Of a stretch of 64,000 nucleotides of DNA, positions 42,573 to 52,654 are shown piece after piece. The stretch is from an uncultured Bacteroides sp. Its GTDB lineage: Bacteria > Bacteroidota > Bacteroidia > Bacteroidales > Bacteroidaceae. The DNA is taken from contig CASFRN010000164.1 of NCBI GenBank assembly GCA_949296855.1, positions 8,127 to 72,126 on the forward strand. The letters run 5' to 3'. The position numbers were made by a program, and so were the translations under genes. The notes under the pieces were generated by a model, which had not been told where the DNA came from, searched no databases, and was given only the letters and a program-made list of their open reading frames with translations. Every line of letters starts with the position of its first letter. Within the stretch, counting starts at the first letter, position 1.

Positions 42573-44281
42573 CCATGAAGAAGATTCTTTTATACATTTG
42601 TTTGTTATGGCTGCCTTCTGTGGCATTTGCGGAGCAGGCTTTAAGCGTTGAACAAAGGCAAAGGGTTGAGGCTGCCGTCAAGACCTATTTTGAACGGCTT
42701 GCACGTTATGTCGCAGAGCCGATGGGTGCGGAAGCCGGACAAATCAGTTTCGATATTTCAGAAATGTTCGAAAACCGATTGGATGCTCCGGTTTACAATG
42801 ACTTGGTGGCGTTGAAAGACAAAACAGGCATAGATGCCTCTTGTACCATCAGTGATTACTTGCTTTCTTTTGGTCCGTTGAGCGAGAAATACGGCTACAA
42901 GTTCCGTATCACTTACGATTCTATCGTATGTCATCCGTTGGTGGAACCCAGCAATGACAATGCGATGAATGCGTTGGTTTATGTGAGGAAACATATTGAT
43001 GGGGGCGGTGTGTCGGAGACATTGACCAACGTGATTCGTTATAATTTGAATACGGACAAGTTGTCCTACATAGAGAAATCTTCTTTCACCACAAGCGATG
43101 AAGACATCAATTTCTTGTTGGAGAACCATTATGGTTATAGTACGGCTAAGCTAAATGAAATGGCTGCCCGCTGTTTTCAAGAAAAGAAATACAAGCAAGC
43201 CTATCAGTTGTACGAACAGGCAGCCATACGCGATGACATGGATGCCCAATATGCTTTGGCGAATATGTTATGGAAGCGGCAAGGGTGTGAAGAGTACGGT
43301 TTGTTTGCTACCGTCAATATGACGAAGTTTTGGTTGAAGAAGATTTATTTCAAGTATATTGGAGCTAAAATTGGCGTTAAACTACCAAATATGGGAATTT
43401 ATAAGCCTGTTCAAGAAATGATAAGTCTTGTTTTTCAGGATGAACATAGATTCTATACCGACTATGAAGATAGACCGTTTAATTCCGGATTGATGAAATA
43501 TAAAGTTCCAGGAAAAGAATTATATGGATTTTTTAACACGAAGGGGGAAATGGTGATTCCTGCCCAATATTCTGATGCTTTGGCTTTTTCGGATGGATTA
43601 GCACGGGTTAAAATTTCAGGTAAATGTGGATATATCAATACAAAAGGTGAACTTGTTATTCCTGCTATATACAGAAGTGCATCTCCTTTTATAAATGGAA
43701 CAGCTTCAGTTTCGTATCAAGATGCTAAAGGTTTAATATTGTTTATCATTAATAAGAAAGGGGAAAAAATTTCGGAAGATTTTGATGACATTATTCAGAT
43801 ACAACGTAGGGAGGATATATTAACGGCGGCAAGACGAGGAAAGAAATGGGGATTTATTAATAGCCTTGGAAAAATCAAAATGCCATTCATTTATGATGAG
43901 GTTGATAAGTCACGGACTTGGGCCAATACATCTTCAGACCATTTCATTGCGATTTGCCAAAACGGGAAATGGGGCTTTATTGATACGAGTTCATCGGAAG
44001 GGAAGATTATTGTGCCGCCTCAATATAAAAACGTTGGCAGTTTCTTTTTTGGCATGGCCTGGGTAAATGATGGAAAAAACATTTCATTTATCGATAAGAC
44101 AGGTAAGATTGTGTGCACCGGAATCAAACAATGTACAGATTTTAATGCCAATGGTTTGGCTGGTGTCAAATTTGAATTGAATAGTAAAAAAGGTTACTTG
44201 ATTAATAAACGAGGTGAAGTCGTTTATTATTATGATGCTGGCGAAGATGGAAAGATATATAATCTCCGGAGAAAAGAATAA
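42569..44281 (+). CDS. Exported protein with an unknown N-terminal domain, a Sel1-like repeat and multiple WG (KWG-type) beta repeats
   Basis: The ATG at 42569 overlaps the upstream stop as ATGA and gives MTMKKILLYICLLWLPSVAFAEQ. Sel1-like segment YEQAAIRDDMDAQYALANMLW. WG repeats KWGFINSLGKIKMPFIYDEV, KWGFIDTS...IVPPQYKNV and GYINTKGELVIPAIY. Confidence 0.75.
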   Translation: MTMKKILLYICLLWLPSVAFAEQALSVEQRQRVEAAVKTYFERLARYVAEPMGAEAGQISFDISEMFENRLDAPVYNDLVALKDKTGIDASCTISDYLLSFGPLSEKYGYKFRITYDSIVCHPLVEPSNDNAMNALVYVRKHIDGGGVSETLTNVIRYNLNTDKLSYIEKSSFTTSDEDINFLLENHYGYSTAKLNEMAARCFQEKKYKQAYQLYEQAAIRDDMDAQYALANMLWKRQGCEEYGLFATVNMTKFWLKKIYFKYIGAKIGVKLPNMGIYKPVQEMISLVFQDEHRFYTDYEDRPFNSGLMKYKVPGKELYGFFNTKGEMVIPAQYSDALAFSDGLARVKISGKCGYINTKGELVIPAIYRSASPFINGTASVSYQDAKGLILFIINKKGEKISEDFDDIIQIQRREDILTAARRGKKWGFINSLGKIKMPFIYDEVDKSRTWANTSSDHFIAICQNGKWGFIDTSSSEGKIIVPPQYKNVGSFFFGMAWVNDGKNISFIDKTGKIVCTGIKQCTDFNANGLAGVKFELNSKKGYLINKRGEVVYYYDAGEDGKIYNLRRKE

Positions 44282-44298
44282 TTTGGCATAATGAAACT

Positions 44299-44337
44299 GG
44301 TCTGCCTTTTGCTGCGAAAAGATGCAAGAGGCAGACC
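44299..44337 (+). terminator. Hairpin after the caspase-locus operon
   Basis: GGTCTGCCT (44299-44307) pairs with AGGCAGACC (44329-44337), a 9-bp perfect stem. No T-run follows. Confidence 0.55.
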
Positions 44338-44448
44338 CATTTAAAGGGTTTATAAAGCTTTCGTATTTCTACTCTTATCTCTAATGCGTTTGTGATTCTG
44401 TAAAACATATCAACGCTCGATTTATTGTACCGTTCTTGATATATGGTA

Positions 44449-44532
44449 ATTCGCTTGAAAAAATGTTATGTAATGCGTGAGATTCGCTTGAAAAAATGTA
44501 GTTAAGCTTATGTTATTCGTTCGAAAAAGTGT
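44449..44532. repeat. Three direct repeats of an 18-mer at 33-bp spacing upstream of the AAA ATPase gene
   Basis: ATTCGCTTGAAAAAATGT at 44449-44466 and 44482-44499, and the variant ATTCGTTCGAAAAAGTGT at 44515-44532. The last copy abuts the -7 box. Confidence 0.85.
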
Positions 44533-44539
44533 AATTTTG
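44532..44539 (+). promoter_or_regulatory. Candidate -7 box (TAATTTTG) for the AAA ATPase gene
   Basis: Matches TAnnTTTG and lies 24 nt upstream of the ATG at 44563. Confidence 0.5.
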
Positions 44540-44562
44540 CATGGAACGAATAGAATCATGTT

Positions 44563-45948
44563 ATGCTCAGAAGAAAAATAGAAACAGTTTTGGCCGAGTG
44601 GAAGAAATCCGAAAACAGAAAACCTCTCGTGATAAAAGGCATACGCCAATGTGGGAAGACATACATAGTACAAAAATTCGCAAGGGAGAATTACGGGAAT
44701 GTGGTTTATATGAATTTCATTCTCGAACCGGACAAGAAATCTGCTTTTACAGGTAATTTAGATGTCAATACCATTATTCTCAATTTATCTGCTTTGATTC
44801 AGGGTAGCCGTTTCGTTAGTGGAAAAACATGCATTATCCTTGACGAAATTCAAGAATGCAAGGAGGCAAGGACTGCTTTGAAGTCCTTTCATATAGACGG
44901 GCGTTTCGACATCATTGCCACAGGTTCTCTTTTAGGAGTGAAAGGTTACGGTAAGAACAAGAAGAAAAACGAAGGGGATGAAGGACAAGATTCAGTTCCT
45001 GTAGGGTATGAAACTGTAGTAGATATGTATCCGTTGGATTTTGAAGAATTTCTATGGGCAAACGGAATCAGTGATACGGTTATTGGTTCTGTTAAATCAT
45101 GTTTTGAAAGTGAGAAGGCTGTTCCTGACGGCATTCACAAAGCTATGATGGAATTGTTGTACAGATATGTTATAGTAGGGGGGCTGCCGGAAGCGGTGAA
45201 CTGTTTTCTCGAAACCAAGAATATTGAACTTATATACAAGGTGCAGCGTAATCTTATTGCCGGTTACGAAGAAGATATGGTCAAGTATGCGGATGATACA
45301 GACAAGCCACATATCCGGGAATGTTTCGAGTCCGTTCCGAGACAATTGGCCAGAGAGAATAAGAAATTCCAGTATTCCGTAGTCAAAAAGGGCGGAAGGG
45401 CATCGCAATATATCGGCAGTATCCAATGGCTGGAAGATGCCGGAATAGTCCGGAGATGTTACAATACGCAGATTACGGAACTGCCGTTAGAAGGCAATGC
45501 CATACAGGATTGCTTTAAGGTGTACACCACAGATATAGGTATCTTCATGGCAATGCTTGACTATGGAACTCAGGCAGACATCTTAAAGGGGAATCTTTTG
45601 GGATACAAGGGTGCTATTTTTGAAAACCTAATGGCTGATTTTTTGTGCAAGTCCGGACAAAAATTATATTATTTTCATAAAGATAGCGGGCTTGAACTAG
45701 ACTTCTTGGTGAGATTTAACAATGAATGCGTCATACTTGAAGTGAAAGCAAAGGGTGGTAAGGCAAAAAGCATGGCTACGGTTCTTAAAAATAAAGATGT
45801 ATATCATGTCAAAAGTGCAATTAAGCTGGGACAATATAATGTTGGGCGTGAAGGAGAGGTACTTACCGTTCCGCTTTATATGGGATTTCTTATTGAGGAT
45901 AAGCTTGCGGATGCTGTTATTCCCGATATAGATTTAAGCGGGTTATAG
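44563..45948 (+). CDS. AAA-family ATPase with a DUF4143-like C-terminal domain
   Basis: Walker A GIRQCGKTY and Walker B CIILDEIQ. The 461-aa architecture is common as a stand-alone Bacteroidales ATP-binding protein. Confidence 0.8.
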   Translation: MLRRKIETVLAEWKKSENRKPLVIKGIRQCGKTYIVQKFARENYGNVVYMNFILEPDKKSAFTGNLDVNTIILNLSALIQGSRFVSGKTCIILDEIQECKEARTALKSFHIDGRFDIIATGSLLGVKGYGKNKKKNEGDEGQDSVPVGYETVVDMYPLDFEEFLWANGISDTVIGSVKSCFESEKAVPDGIHKAMMELLYRYVIVGGLPEAVNCFLETKNIELIYKVQRNLIAGYEEDMVKYADDTDKPHIRECFESVPRQLARENKKFQYSVVKKGGRASQYIGSIQWLEDAGIVRRCYNTQITELPLEGNAIQDCFKVYTTDIGIFMAMLDYGTQADILKGNLLGYKGAIFENLMADFLCKSGQKLYYFHKDSGLELDFLVRFNNECVILEVKAKGGKAKSMATVLKNKDVYHVKSAIKLGQYNVGREGEVLTVPLYMGFLIEDKLADAVIPDIDLSGL

Positions 45949-46010
45949 TGAATCATAGCGTTGCTATGTGCATAACGGCTTATAATTAGTTTATATTATA
46001 GGTATACAAA

Positions 46011-46081
46011 CACAGAAGACCACACATTTACATTTGCTTATGCTATGCAGCATAGAAAAATAAAATCTGTGTTCTTCTGTG
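46011..46081. terminator. Imperfect palindrome between the convergent ATPase and alaS genes (CACAGA-type family)
   Basis: CACAGAAGACCACACAT (46011-46027) pairs with ATCTGTGTTCTTCTGTG (46065-46081). An inner hairpin reads CTATGC-A-GCATAG. Confidence 0.6.
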
Positions 46082-46115
46082 TAATCTGTGTGCTATCGGA
46101 AGCACAACCGGATGG

Positions 46116-48734
46116 TTAGAATCCTGCCAATTCCAGCACTTTATCTACAGCGGCGCTCAGTCCGTCGGGGTTCTTTCCTCCGGCAGTAGCGAAGTGAGGT
46201 TGTCCGCCTCCGCCTCCTTGAATCAGCTTGGCGGCTTCGCGTACCAATTGACCGGCATTCAGTCCGGCTTTCACTTGGTCGTCACTCATAATAACCGTCA
46301 GCATCGGTTTGTCTCCGAAGATGCTTCCGATGACTACGAACAGGTTTTCGGGGAACTGTCCTTTCAGTTGGAAAGCAATGTTCTTGATGGCTTCGGGGCG
46401 CATCGGCAGCATGGCTTTAATGACTTTTACGCCGTGTATTTCTTTGGCGCTTTCAATCAGTCTTGACTTAGCGCTCGCTTCCCGTTCTTTCATGAACTCT
46501 TCCATCTGCTTTTTCAGTCCGGCGTTTTCGTCGACATATTTTGCAATGGCAATCTTTAAGTCGGGCGCATTGTTGAAGAGGGCTTTCAAGTCGTTCATGG
46601 TGTCTTGCAGGACATCCATCATTTCTTCCACTTTTGCACCGGTAATGGCTTCGATACGGCGTACGCCCGCAGCTACCGAGCTTTCAGAAAGTATCTTCAC
46701 CATACCGATTTTACCGGTAGCCGATACATGAGTACCTCCACAGAACTCGATGGATGAACCGAATTGCACAACGCGCACTTCATCGCCGTATTTTTCGCCG
46801 AAGAGGGCAATGGCTCCTAATTCTTTGGCTTTTTCAATCGGGAGGTTACGGTATTCGGTCAAGGGGATGTCTTCACGGATTTTGGCATTGACTAAATGCT
46901 CTACTTCGCGCAACTGTTCGGGAGTTACTTTTTGGAAGTGTGAGAAGTCGAAACGCAATGATTCCGGAGTAACCAATGAACCTTTCTGCTCTACGTGCGT
47001 GCCTAATACTTGGCGCAATGCTTCATCAAGCAAGTGGGTGCAAGAGTGGTTGGCTGCACAAGCGGCACGTTTGTCGGTGTCTACACACGCCATCATCGGG
47101 GCGTCGAGATGTTCAGGAAGCTGCTTGGCGATATGAATCGGAAGGTTGTTTTCTTTCTTGGTGTCAATGATATCGATGGTCTCGAATTCGCTGACCAATA
47201 CACCCGTGTCGCCTACCTGACCGCCGCTTTCGGCATAGAACGGCGTTTCGCTCAATACGATTTGATACAGTGTCTGGTTCTTCTGCTTGATTTGGCGGTA
47301 GCGCAGGATACGGGTTTCGTATTCGGTATAGTCGTAGCCGACGAATTTTGTTTCGCCTTCTTCCAATACCACCCAGTCGCTTGCCTCAATGGCTGCGGCA
47401 TTGCGGGCACGCTCTTTTTGCTTTTGCATTTCAATGTTGAACTCTTCTTCGTTCACTGTCATGCCGTTCTCACGAAGAATCAGTTCGGTCAAGTCAAGCG
47501 GGAATCCGAATGTGTCGTATAATGTAAAGGCATCTACGCCGCTGATTTCTGTCTTTCCGGCAGCCTTGGTGTCGTTCATCACTTTGTCGAGCAGGCGGAT
47601 GCCGGTTTCCAGTGTGCGCAAGAAAGCTTCTTCTTCTTCTTTGATGACTTTTTCAATTAGGGTTTGCTGTGCTTTCAGTTCAGGATATGCCTGTCCCATA
47701 TTCTCTATCAGTACGGGGACGAGCTTGAACATGAAGGGTTGCTTTTGTCCTAAGAACGTGTATGCATACCGCACGGCACGGCGCAAGATACGGCGGATAA
47801 CGTAACCGGCTTTGGCATTCGAAGGCAGCTGGCCATCGGTAATAGAGAATGCAATGGTGCGGATGTGGTCTGCCACTACACGCATGGCTACGTCTGTTTT
47901 CGGGTCTTTGCCGTAGGTAGTGCCAGCCAAATCGCCGATGACTTTGATGATGGGTTGGAACACATCGGTATCGTAGTTCGATTTCTTTCCTTGCAATGCC
48001 ATGCAGAGGCGTTCGAAGCCCATGCCAGTATCGATAACCTTGGCAGGAAGCGGTTCGAGCGAACCGTCTGCCTTGCGGTTGTATTGCATGAACACAAGGT
48101 TCCATATTTCGATAACCTGCGGGTTATCTTTGTTTACCAGTTCACGCCCGGGCACTTTTGCCTTTTCTTCTTCCGAGCGCAAGTCGATATGGATTTCCGA
48201 GCAAGGTCCGCAAGGTCCCGTGTCGCCCATTTCCCAGAAGTTATCGTGCTTGTTCCCGTTGATGATGTGGTCTTTGGGTAAGTATTGTTCCCAGTATCCG
48301 GCTGCTTCGTTATCCCGTTCCAGCCCTTCTTCGGGGCTTCCTTCGAACACGGTAGCATAAAGGATGTCGGGATTGATTTTCAATACATCTACTAAGAATT
48401 CCCATGCCCAACTGATGGCTTCTTTCTTGAAGTAGTCGCCGAATGACCAGTTGCCCAACATTTCGAACATGGTGTGGTGGTAGGTATCATGGCCTACTTC
48501 TTCCAAGTCGTTGTGCTTTCCGCTTACTCGCAGGCATTTCTGCGAGTCGGTCACACGTCTGTATTTAGCCGGATGGTTTCCCAGGATGATGTCTTTAAAC
48601 TGGTTCATACCGGCATTGGTAAACATCAGCGTAGGGTCGTCTTTGATGACCATCGGTGCCGAAGGCACAATCTGATGTCCTTTTGACTCAAAGAATTTTA
48701 CGAATGAGTCGCGGATTTCGTTTGCTGTCAACAT
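46116..48734 (-). CDS. alaS: Alanine--tRNA ligase
   Basis: 872 aa, starting [20 protein letters not shown]. Class II motifs and a C-terminal editing/DHHA1-like region are present. Confidence 0.97.
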   Translation of the reverse strand: MLTANEIRDSFVKFFESKGHQIVPSAPMVIKDDPTLMFTNAGMNQFKDIILGNHPAKYRRVTDSQKCLRVSGKHNDLEEVGHDTYHHTMFEMLGNWSFGDYFKKEAISWAWEFLVDVLKINPDILYATVFEGSPEEGLERDNEAAGYWEQYLPKDHIINGNKHDNFWEMGDTGPCGPCSEIHIDLRSEEEKAKVPGRELVNKDNPQVIEIWNLVFMQYNRKADGSLEPLPAKVIDTGMGFERLCMALQGKKSNYDTDVFQPIIKVIGDLAGTTYGKDPKTDVAMRVVADHIRTIAFSITDGQLPSNAKAGYVIRRILRRAVRYAYTFLGQKQPFMFKLVPVLIENMGQAYPELKAQQTLIEKVIKEEEEAFLRTLETGIRLLDKVMNDTKAAGKTEISGVDAFTLYDTFGFPLDLTELILRENGMTVNEEEFNIEMQKQKERARNAAAIEASDWVVLEEGETKFVGYDYTEYETRILRYRQIKQKNQTLYQIVLSETPFYAESGGQVGDTGVLVSEFETIDIIDTKKENNLPIHIAKQLPEHLDAPMMACVDTDKRAACAANHSCTHLLDEALRQVLGTHVEQKGSLVTPESLRFDFSHFQKVTPEQLREVEHLVNAKIREDIPLTEYRNLPIEKAKELGAIALFGEKYGDEVRVVQFGSSIEFCGGTHVSATGKIGMVKILSESSVAAGVRRIEAITGAKVEEMMDVLQDTMNDLKALFNNAPDLKIAIAKYVDENAGLKKQMEEFMKEREASAKSRLIESAKEIHGVKVIKAMLPMRPEAIKNIAFQLKGQFPENLFVVIGSIFGDKPMLTVIMSDDQVKAGLNAGQLVREAAKLIQGGGGGQPHFATAGGKNPDGLSAAVDKVLELAGF

Positions 48735-48778
48735 ATAAGTCTTATTATCTTGTCGTTAATATTCTCAAAATCGATTTG

Positions 48779-48786
48779 CAAAGATA
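48779..48786 (-). promoter_or_regulatory. Candidate -7 box (TATCTTTG on the minus strand) for alaS
   Basis: The plus strand reads CAAAGATA. Lies about 45 nt upstream of the alaS ATG at 48734. Confidence 0.5.
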
Positions 48787-48869
48787 ATCGGTTTTATTAT
48801 TTTTGTCGCTACGTTTGGGGCAAAACTTGAGGGATTGCCCATTAAATTTCTTCAAAAACAACGATTTGA

Positions 48870-49838
48870 ATGCGTAAAGTCTACTATATATATAATCCGA
48901 AGACGCGTACATACGACCGTATTTATCCTACGATGCGTCAGCGCATGATGAGTTATCTGCGTAATTTGTTTGTCGGGATGGGGCTGGGGGCAGGATGTTT
49001 CATCTTGTTGCTGATGGTTTTCGGTTCGCCTTCGGAAAAAGACTTGCGGACAGAAAACTCACGTCTGACCGCACAGTATCACATTTTGTCATCGCGGCTG
49101 GACGAAGCGTTAAGCGTGATGCAACAGTTGCGGCAAAGGGATGATAATCTGTATCGGGTAATCATGCAAGCCGATCCGGTGCCCGACGCGGTGCGTAACG
49201 CCAATTATGGGAAAACGAACCGTTATGAAGAGTTGATGGAACTGGCGAACGCCAAGCTGGTGGTGAATACTACGCAGAAGATGGACGTGCTGGAAAGGCA
49301 GGTGTATATCCAGTCGAAGTCGTTCGACGAGATACTTGACTTGTGTAAGAATCACGATGAGATGTTGATGTGCGTACCTGCCATTCAACCCGTATCGAAT
49401 AAGGACTTGAAGCAGACGGCATCGGGGTATGGCACGCGTATCGACCCGATATATAAAACGGTGAAGTTTCATGCGGGGATGGATTTCTCGGCTAATGTCG
49501 GTACGCCGGTTTATGCTACGGGAAACGGTACGGTGAAAACCGCAGGTTGGGAAGGTTTGTACGGCAAATGCATCACCATCGACCATGGTTTCGGCTATGT
49601 GACCCGTTACGCGCACCTTAATCAGATTAAAGTCCGTGTGGGGCAGAAAGTAGTGAGGGGAGAAACTATCGGTGAAGTGGGGACGACCGGAAAAAGCACG
49701 GGGCCTCACCTGCATTACGAAGTGCACCTGAAAGGGCAGATTATGAATCCGGTGAATTATTATTTTATGGATTTGGACGCTGACGATTATGACAAGATGA
49801 TTCAGATAGCCGCCAATCACGGCAAGGTATTCGATTGA
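48870..49838 (+). CDS. M23-family metallopeptidase with an N-terminal TM helix
   Basis: HAGMDF, YGKCITIDHG and GPHLHYEV motifs. Confidence 0.9.
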   Translation: MRKVYYIYNPKTRTYDRIYPTMRQRMMSYLRNLFVGMGLGAGCFILLLMVFGSPSEKDLRTENSRLTAQYHILSSRLDEALSVMQQLRQRDDNLYRVIMQADPVPDAVRNANYGKTNRYEELMELANAKLVVNTTQKMDVLERQVYIQSKSFDEILDLCKNHDEMLMCVPAIQPVSNKDLKQTASGYGTRIDPIYKTVKFHAGMDFSANVGTPVYATGNGTVKTAGWEGLYGKCITIDHGFGYVTRYAHLNQIKVRVGQKVVRGETIGEVGTTGKSTGPHLHYEVHLKGQIMNPVNYYFMDLDADDYDKMIQIAANHGKVFD

Positions 49839-49861
49839 CGCTTGAATGGAAGGAGGCATGT

Positions 49862-50209
49862 ATGGCATTGAAGCAAGACAAGCAGTTGAAGTTGTATTAT
49901 TCCATCCGCGAGGTGGCGGAGATGTTCGGGGTGAACGAGTCGCTTATCCGCTATTGGGAAAAGGAGTTTCCGGGCATCGCTCCGAAGCGTGCGGGCGGGA
50001 AAATACGTCAATATACGAAAGAGGATATTGAGTTTATCCGCCAGATTTATTATCTGGTAAAAGAGAAAGGAATGACGCTGGCAGGCGCCAAGCAGCAGTT
50101 GAGGCAGAATAAAGAAGGAGTGCGCAATACCACCGATTTGGTCAACCGCCTCAAGCAGATCCGTGCAGAGTTGGTGAGTATCCGGAAAGAACTGGATTAC
50201 ATTACCTGA
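49862..50209 (+). CDS. MerR-family helix-turn-helix transcriptional regulator
   Basis: YYSIREVAEMFGVNESLIRYWEKEF. The ATG at 49862 is preferred over the TTG at 49835, which overlaps the M23 gene. Confidence 0.8.
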   Translation: MALKQDKQLKLYYSIREVAEMFGVNESLIRYWEKEFPGIAPKRAGGKIRQYTKEDIEFIRQIYYLVKEKGMTLAGAKQQLRQNKEGVRNTTDLVNRLKQIRAELVSIRKELDYIT

Positions 50210-50219
50210 TGTGGTTCCA

Positions 50220-50285
50220 CCACGGATTACGCGGATTGATAGAATTATTCTTCATTCTTGTTTTATGAATCCGTATAATCCGTGG
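50220..50285. terminator. 21-bp-arm palindrome between the convergent merR-like and relA/spoT genes
   Basis: CCACGGATTACGCGGATTGAT (50220-50240) pairs with ATGAATCCGTATAATCCGTGG (50265-50285), with 3 mismatches. Confidence 0.7.
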
Positions 50286-50298
50286 TATGAACGTGAAA

Positions 50299-52575
50299 TC
50301 AGTCGACAATTTCGTCATCGAAGTCATCAATGCGGGTTATCTTCTTGATATTCTCTATTTTCTTCAGGTTGTTGCAGATGGTGTTGACATCGTTTACATC
50401 GTGTACGTAAAGTTGGATACGTGATTCGAAGATTCCTTCTTCCGACTCGATGGTCAGCTTATGGATATTGACGTTCAGTTGTTGCGAAATCACTTCGGTC
50501 AATTTGTTCAGTATACCGATTTCGTCCAGTCCTTTGATGTAGATGTTTACGGGAAATACCAACGCTTTGCCTGTTTGCCATTGTACAGCAATCAGACGGT
50601 TTCCGAAGCTGGTTTTCAATTGGGCGGCAATGGGGCATTGGCGCTTATGGATGACAATGCGGTTGTTGTCATCGATGTACCCCAATACGTCATCGCCTGG
50701 GATAGGCTTGCAGCAATCCGCTAGGATGTAGTTCTTTTGGATGGCGTCGGGGGTTAGTTTGACAATCGATTTTTTGTCGATGTTGAGTGGTTGAGGCTCA
50801 GTCTTGCTTTGTTGCTTGGCATTCTTTTGCTTGTTTCCTCCAAAGGCGAAGCTGATGTATTTTTTCCAGTTGGTTGAGTTGGTTTTTTCTTTCAGCTCGT
50901 TTTTGTCGGTGTCTCCTAAGGTGAATACGCCTTGGCCTACTGCCAAAGCCAGTTCCTCGTATGTTTTTACCTGATGTTTTTCACAGAGTTTGCGGATGTT
51001 TTCATCGTTGGCTGGCAACCCTTCATTTTGGAAGAACTGAGCTATCAAGTCTTCGCCTTTTTGTTGTTGTTCGCGCCGTTCCCGTTTCAAGATGGCCTGT
51101 ATTTTAGCTTTTGCTTTAGCGGTGGTGGCAAAATTAATCCATGAAGGTTGCACCTTTTGAGATTTCGAAGTCAGGATTTCCACTTGGTCCCCGCTTTGCA
51201 GCTTGTGGCTGAGCGGCACCAGCTTATGGTTGACCTTCGCACCGATGCAATGGCTGCCCAAGAATGTATGGATAGAGAATGCAAAGTCGAGTGCAGTGCA
51301 GTTTTGCGGCATCGTCTTGATTTCTCCCTTCGGTGTGAATACGAATATTTCGGACGCGAACAAGTTCAGTTTGATTGTATCCAGGAAATCTAATGCATCG
51401 GGCTGCGGGTCGTCTAATATTTCTTTGATGGTTTTCAGCCATTTGCTTAGTTCGCCTTCGTCTTCACTTCCTCCTCCTGCTTTGTATTTCCAGTGGGCCG
51501 CAAATCCTTGTTCGGCTACGTCGTTCATCCGCTCGCTTCGGATTTGTACTTCAATCCATTGCCCCTTGTTGCTCATGAGGGTGACATGGAGGGCTTGATA
51601 ACCGTTGGCTTTCGGGTGGCTCACCCAGTCACGCAGACGGTCAGGGTGTGGTTTGTAGATGCGTGAGATGGCAACGTATATATTAAAGCAGTCGTTCAGT
51701 TCCTCTTCTTGGTTGCGTGGGGTAAAGATGATGCGTACCGCCAGGATGTCGTAAATTTCCTCGAACGTGATATGTTTGGCTTGCATCTTGTTCCAAATGG
51801 AATAAGGAGACTTTACGCGCGCAATAATCCGGTAAGGAATGTTCATCTTGTCCAGTTGCTCGCGGATAGGCGCCGTGAATTCGGTAAACAGGCTTTCCCG
51901 TTCGGCCTGGGTGGCTTGCAGTTTGTTTTGGATTTCCTGATAGGTCTCCGGATGTTCGTATTTGAAGCTCAGGTCTTCCAGTTCGGTCTTGATGCGGTTC
52001 AGCCCCAAGCGGTTCGCCAAGGGAGCGTAAATGTACAAGGTTTCACCCGCTATCTTATATTGTTTGCTGGGAAGCATCGAACCGAGCGTACGCATATTGT
52101 GGAGGCGGTCGGATATCTTGATGAGGATGACACGGATGTCATCGTTCATCGTCAGAAGCAGTTTCTTGAAGTTTTCCGCTTGTGCCGACGCGCGGTCGCC
52201 GAAGATGCCTCCCGATATTTTGGTGAGGCCGTCCACGATTTGCGCAATCTTAGGGCCGAAGAGGTTTTCGATGTCTTCTACGGTATAGTCTGTATCTTCC
52301 ACCACATCGTGAAGCAAGGCCGCGCAAATGGATGTAGAGCCTAATCCGATTTCGACGCAGGCAATGCGGGCTACGGCAATGGGGTGAAGGATGTAAGGTT
52401 CACCCGACCGGCGTCTCACTCCTTTATGCGCTTGCCGGGCGAAGTTGAAAGCTTTTGTGATGATTTCTACTTTCTTGCGATGTCTGCTTTCTAAATATCG
52501 GTCCAACAATTCCTGAAAAGCGTCGTCTATCAGCTTTTCGTCTGCTTGCTCTTGGGGTAATTTTTCGTCAGTCAT
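50299..52575 (-). CDS. Bifunctional (p)ppGpp synthetase/hydrolase (RelA/SpoT homologue)
   Basis: HD motif HDVVEDT, a RelA_SpoT synthetase core, and TGS and C-terminal ACT-like regions. The ATG at 52575 (MTDEKL) is preferred over the TTG at 52602. Confidence 0.95.
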   Translation of the reverse strand: MTDEKLPQEQADEKLIDDAFQELLDRYLESRHRKKVEIITKAFNFARQAHKGVRRRSGEPYILHPIAVARIACVEIGLGSTSICAALLHDVVEDTDYTVEDIENLFGPKIAQIVDGLTKISGGIFGDRASAQAENFKKLLLTMNDDIRVILIKISDRLHNMRTLGSMLPSKQYKIAGETLYIYAPLANRLGLNRIKTELEDLSFKYEHPETYQEIQNKLQATQAERESLFTEFTAPIREQLDKMNIPYRIIARVKSPYSIWNKMQAKHITFEEIYDILAVRIIFTPRNQEEELNDCFNIYVAISRIYKPHPDRLRDWVSHPKANGYQALHVTLMSNKGQWIEVQIRSERMNDVAEQGFAAHWKYKAGGGSEDEGELSKWLKTIKEILDDPQPDALDFLDTIKLNLFASEIFVFTPKGEIKTMPQNCTALDFAFSIHTFLGSHCIGAKVNHKLVPLSHKLQSGDQVEILTSKSQKVQPSWINFATTAKAKAKIQAILKRERREQQQKGEDLIAQFFQNEGLPANDENIRKLCEKHQVKTYEELALAVGQGVFTLGDTDKNELKEKTNSTNWKKYISFAFGGNKQKNAKQQSKTEPQPLNIDKKSIVKLTPDAIQKNYILADCCKPIPGDDVLGYIDDNNRIVIHKRQCPIAAQLKTSFGNRLIAVQWQTGKALVFPVNIYIKGLDEIGILNKLTEVISQQLNVNIHKLTIESEEGIFESRIQLYVHDVNDVNTICNNLKKIENIKKITRIDDFDDEIVD

Positions 52576-52654
52576 GGTAGTCCTTCTTAATGAATAGTGC
52601 AAAATTAGGAAAAATCCTTAATCTTGCAAGAAGAAAGGACTTTTTTCTTGTAAA

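Noticed and set aside
11900-46100. Calling the whole 11.9-46.1 kb accessory stretch a genomic island or mobile element
   Set aside because: There is no integrase, transposase, tRNA-adjacent att site or long flanking direct repeat. Compositional differences cannot be quantified without computation. Only comparison with related genomes could establish island boundaries.
46194-48686. Series of plus-strand ORFs (65-170 aa) opposite alaS
   Set aside because: All are antisense to an unambiguous alaS reading frame, and none has a recognisable domain.
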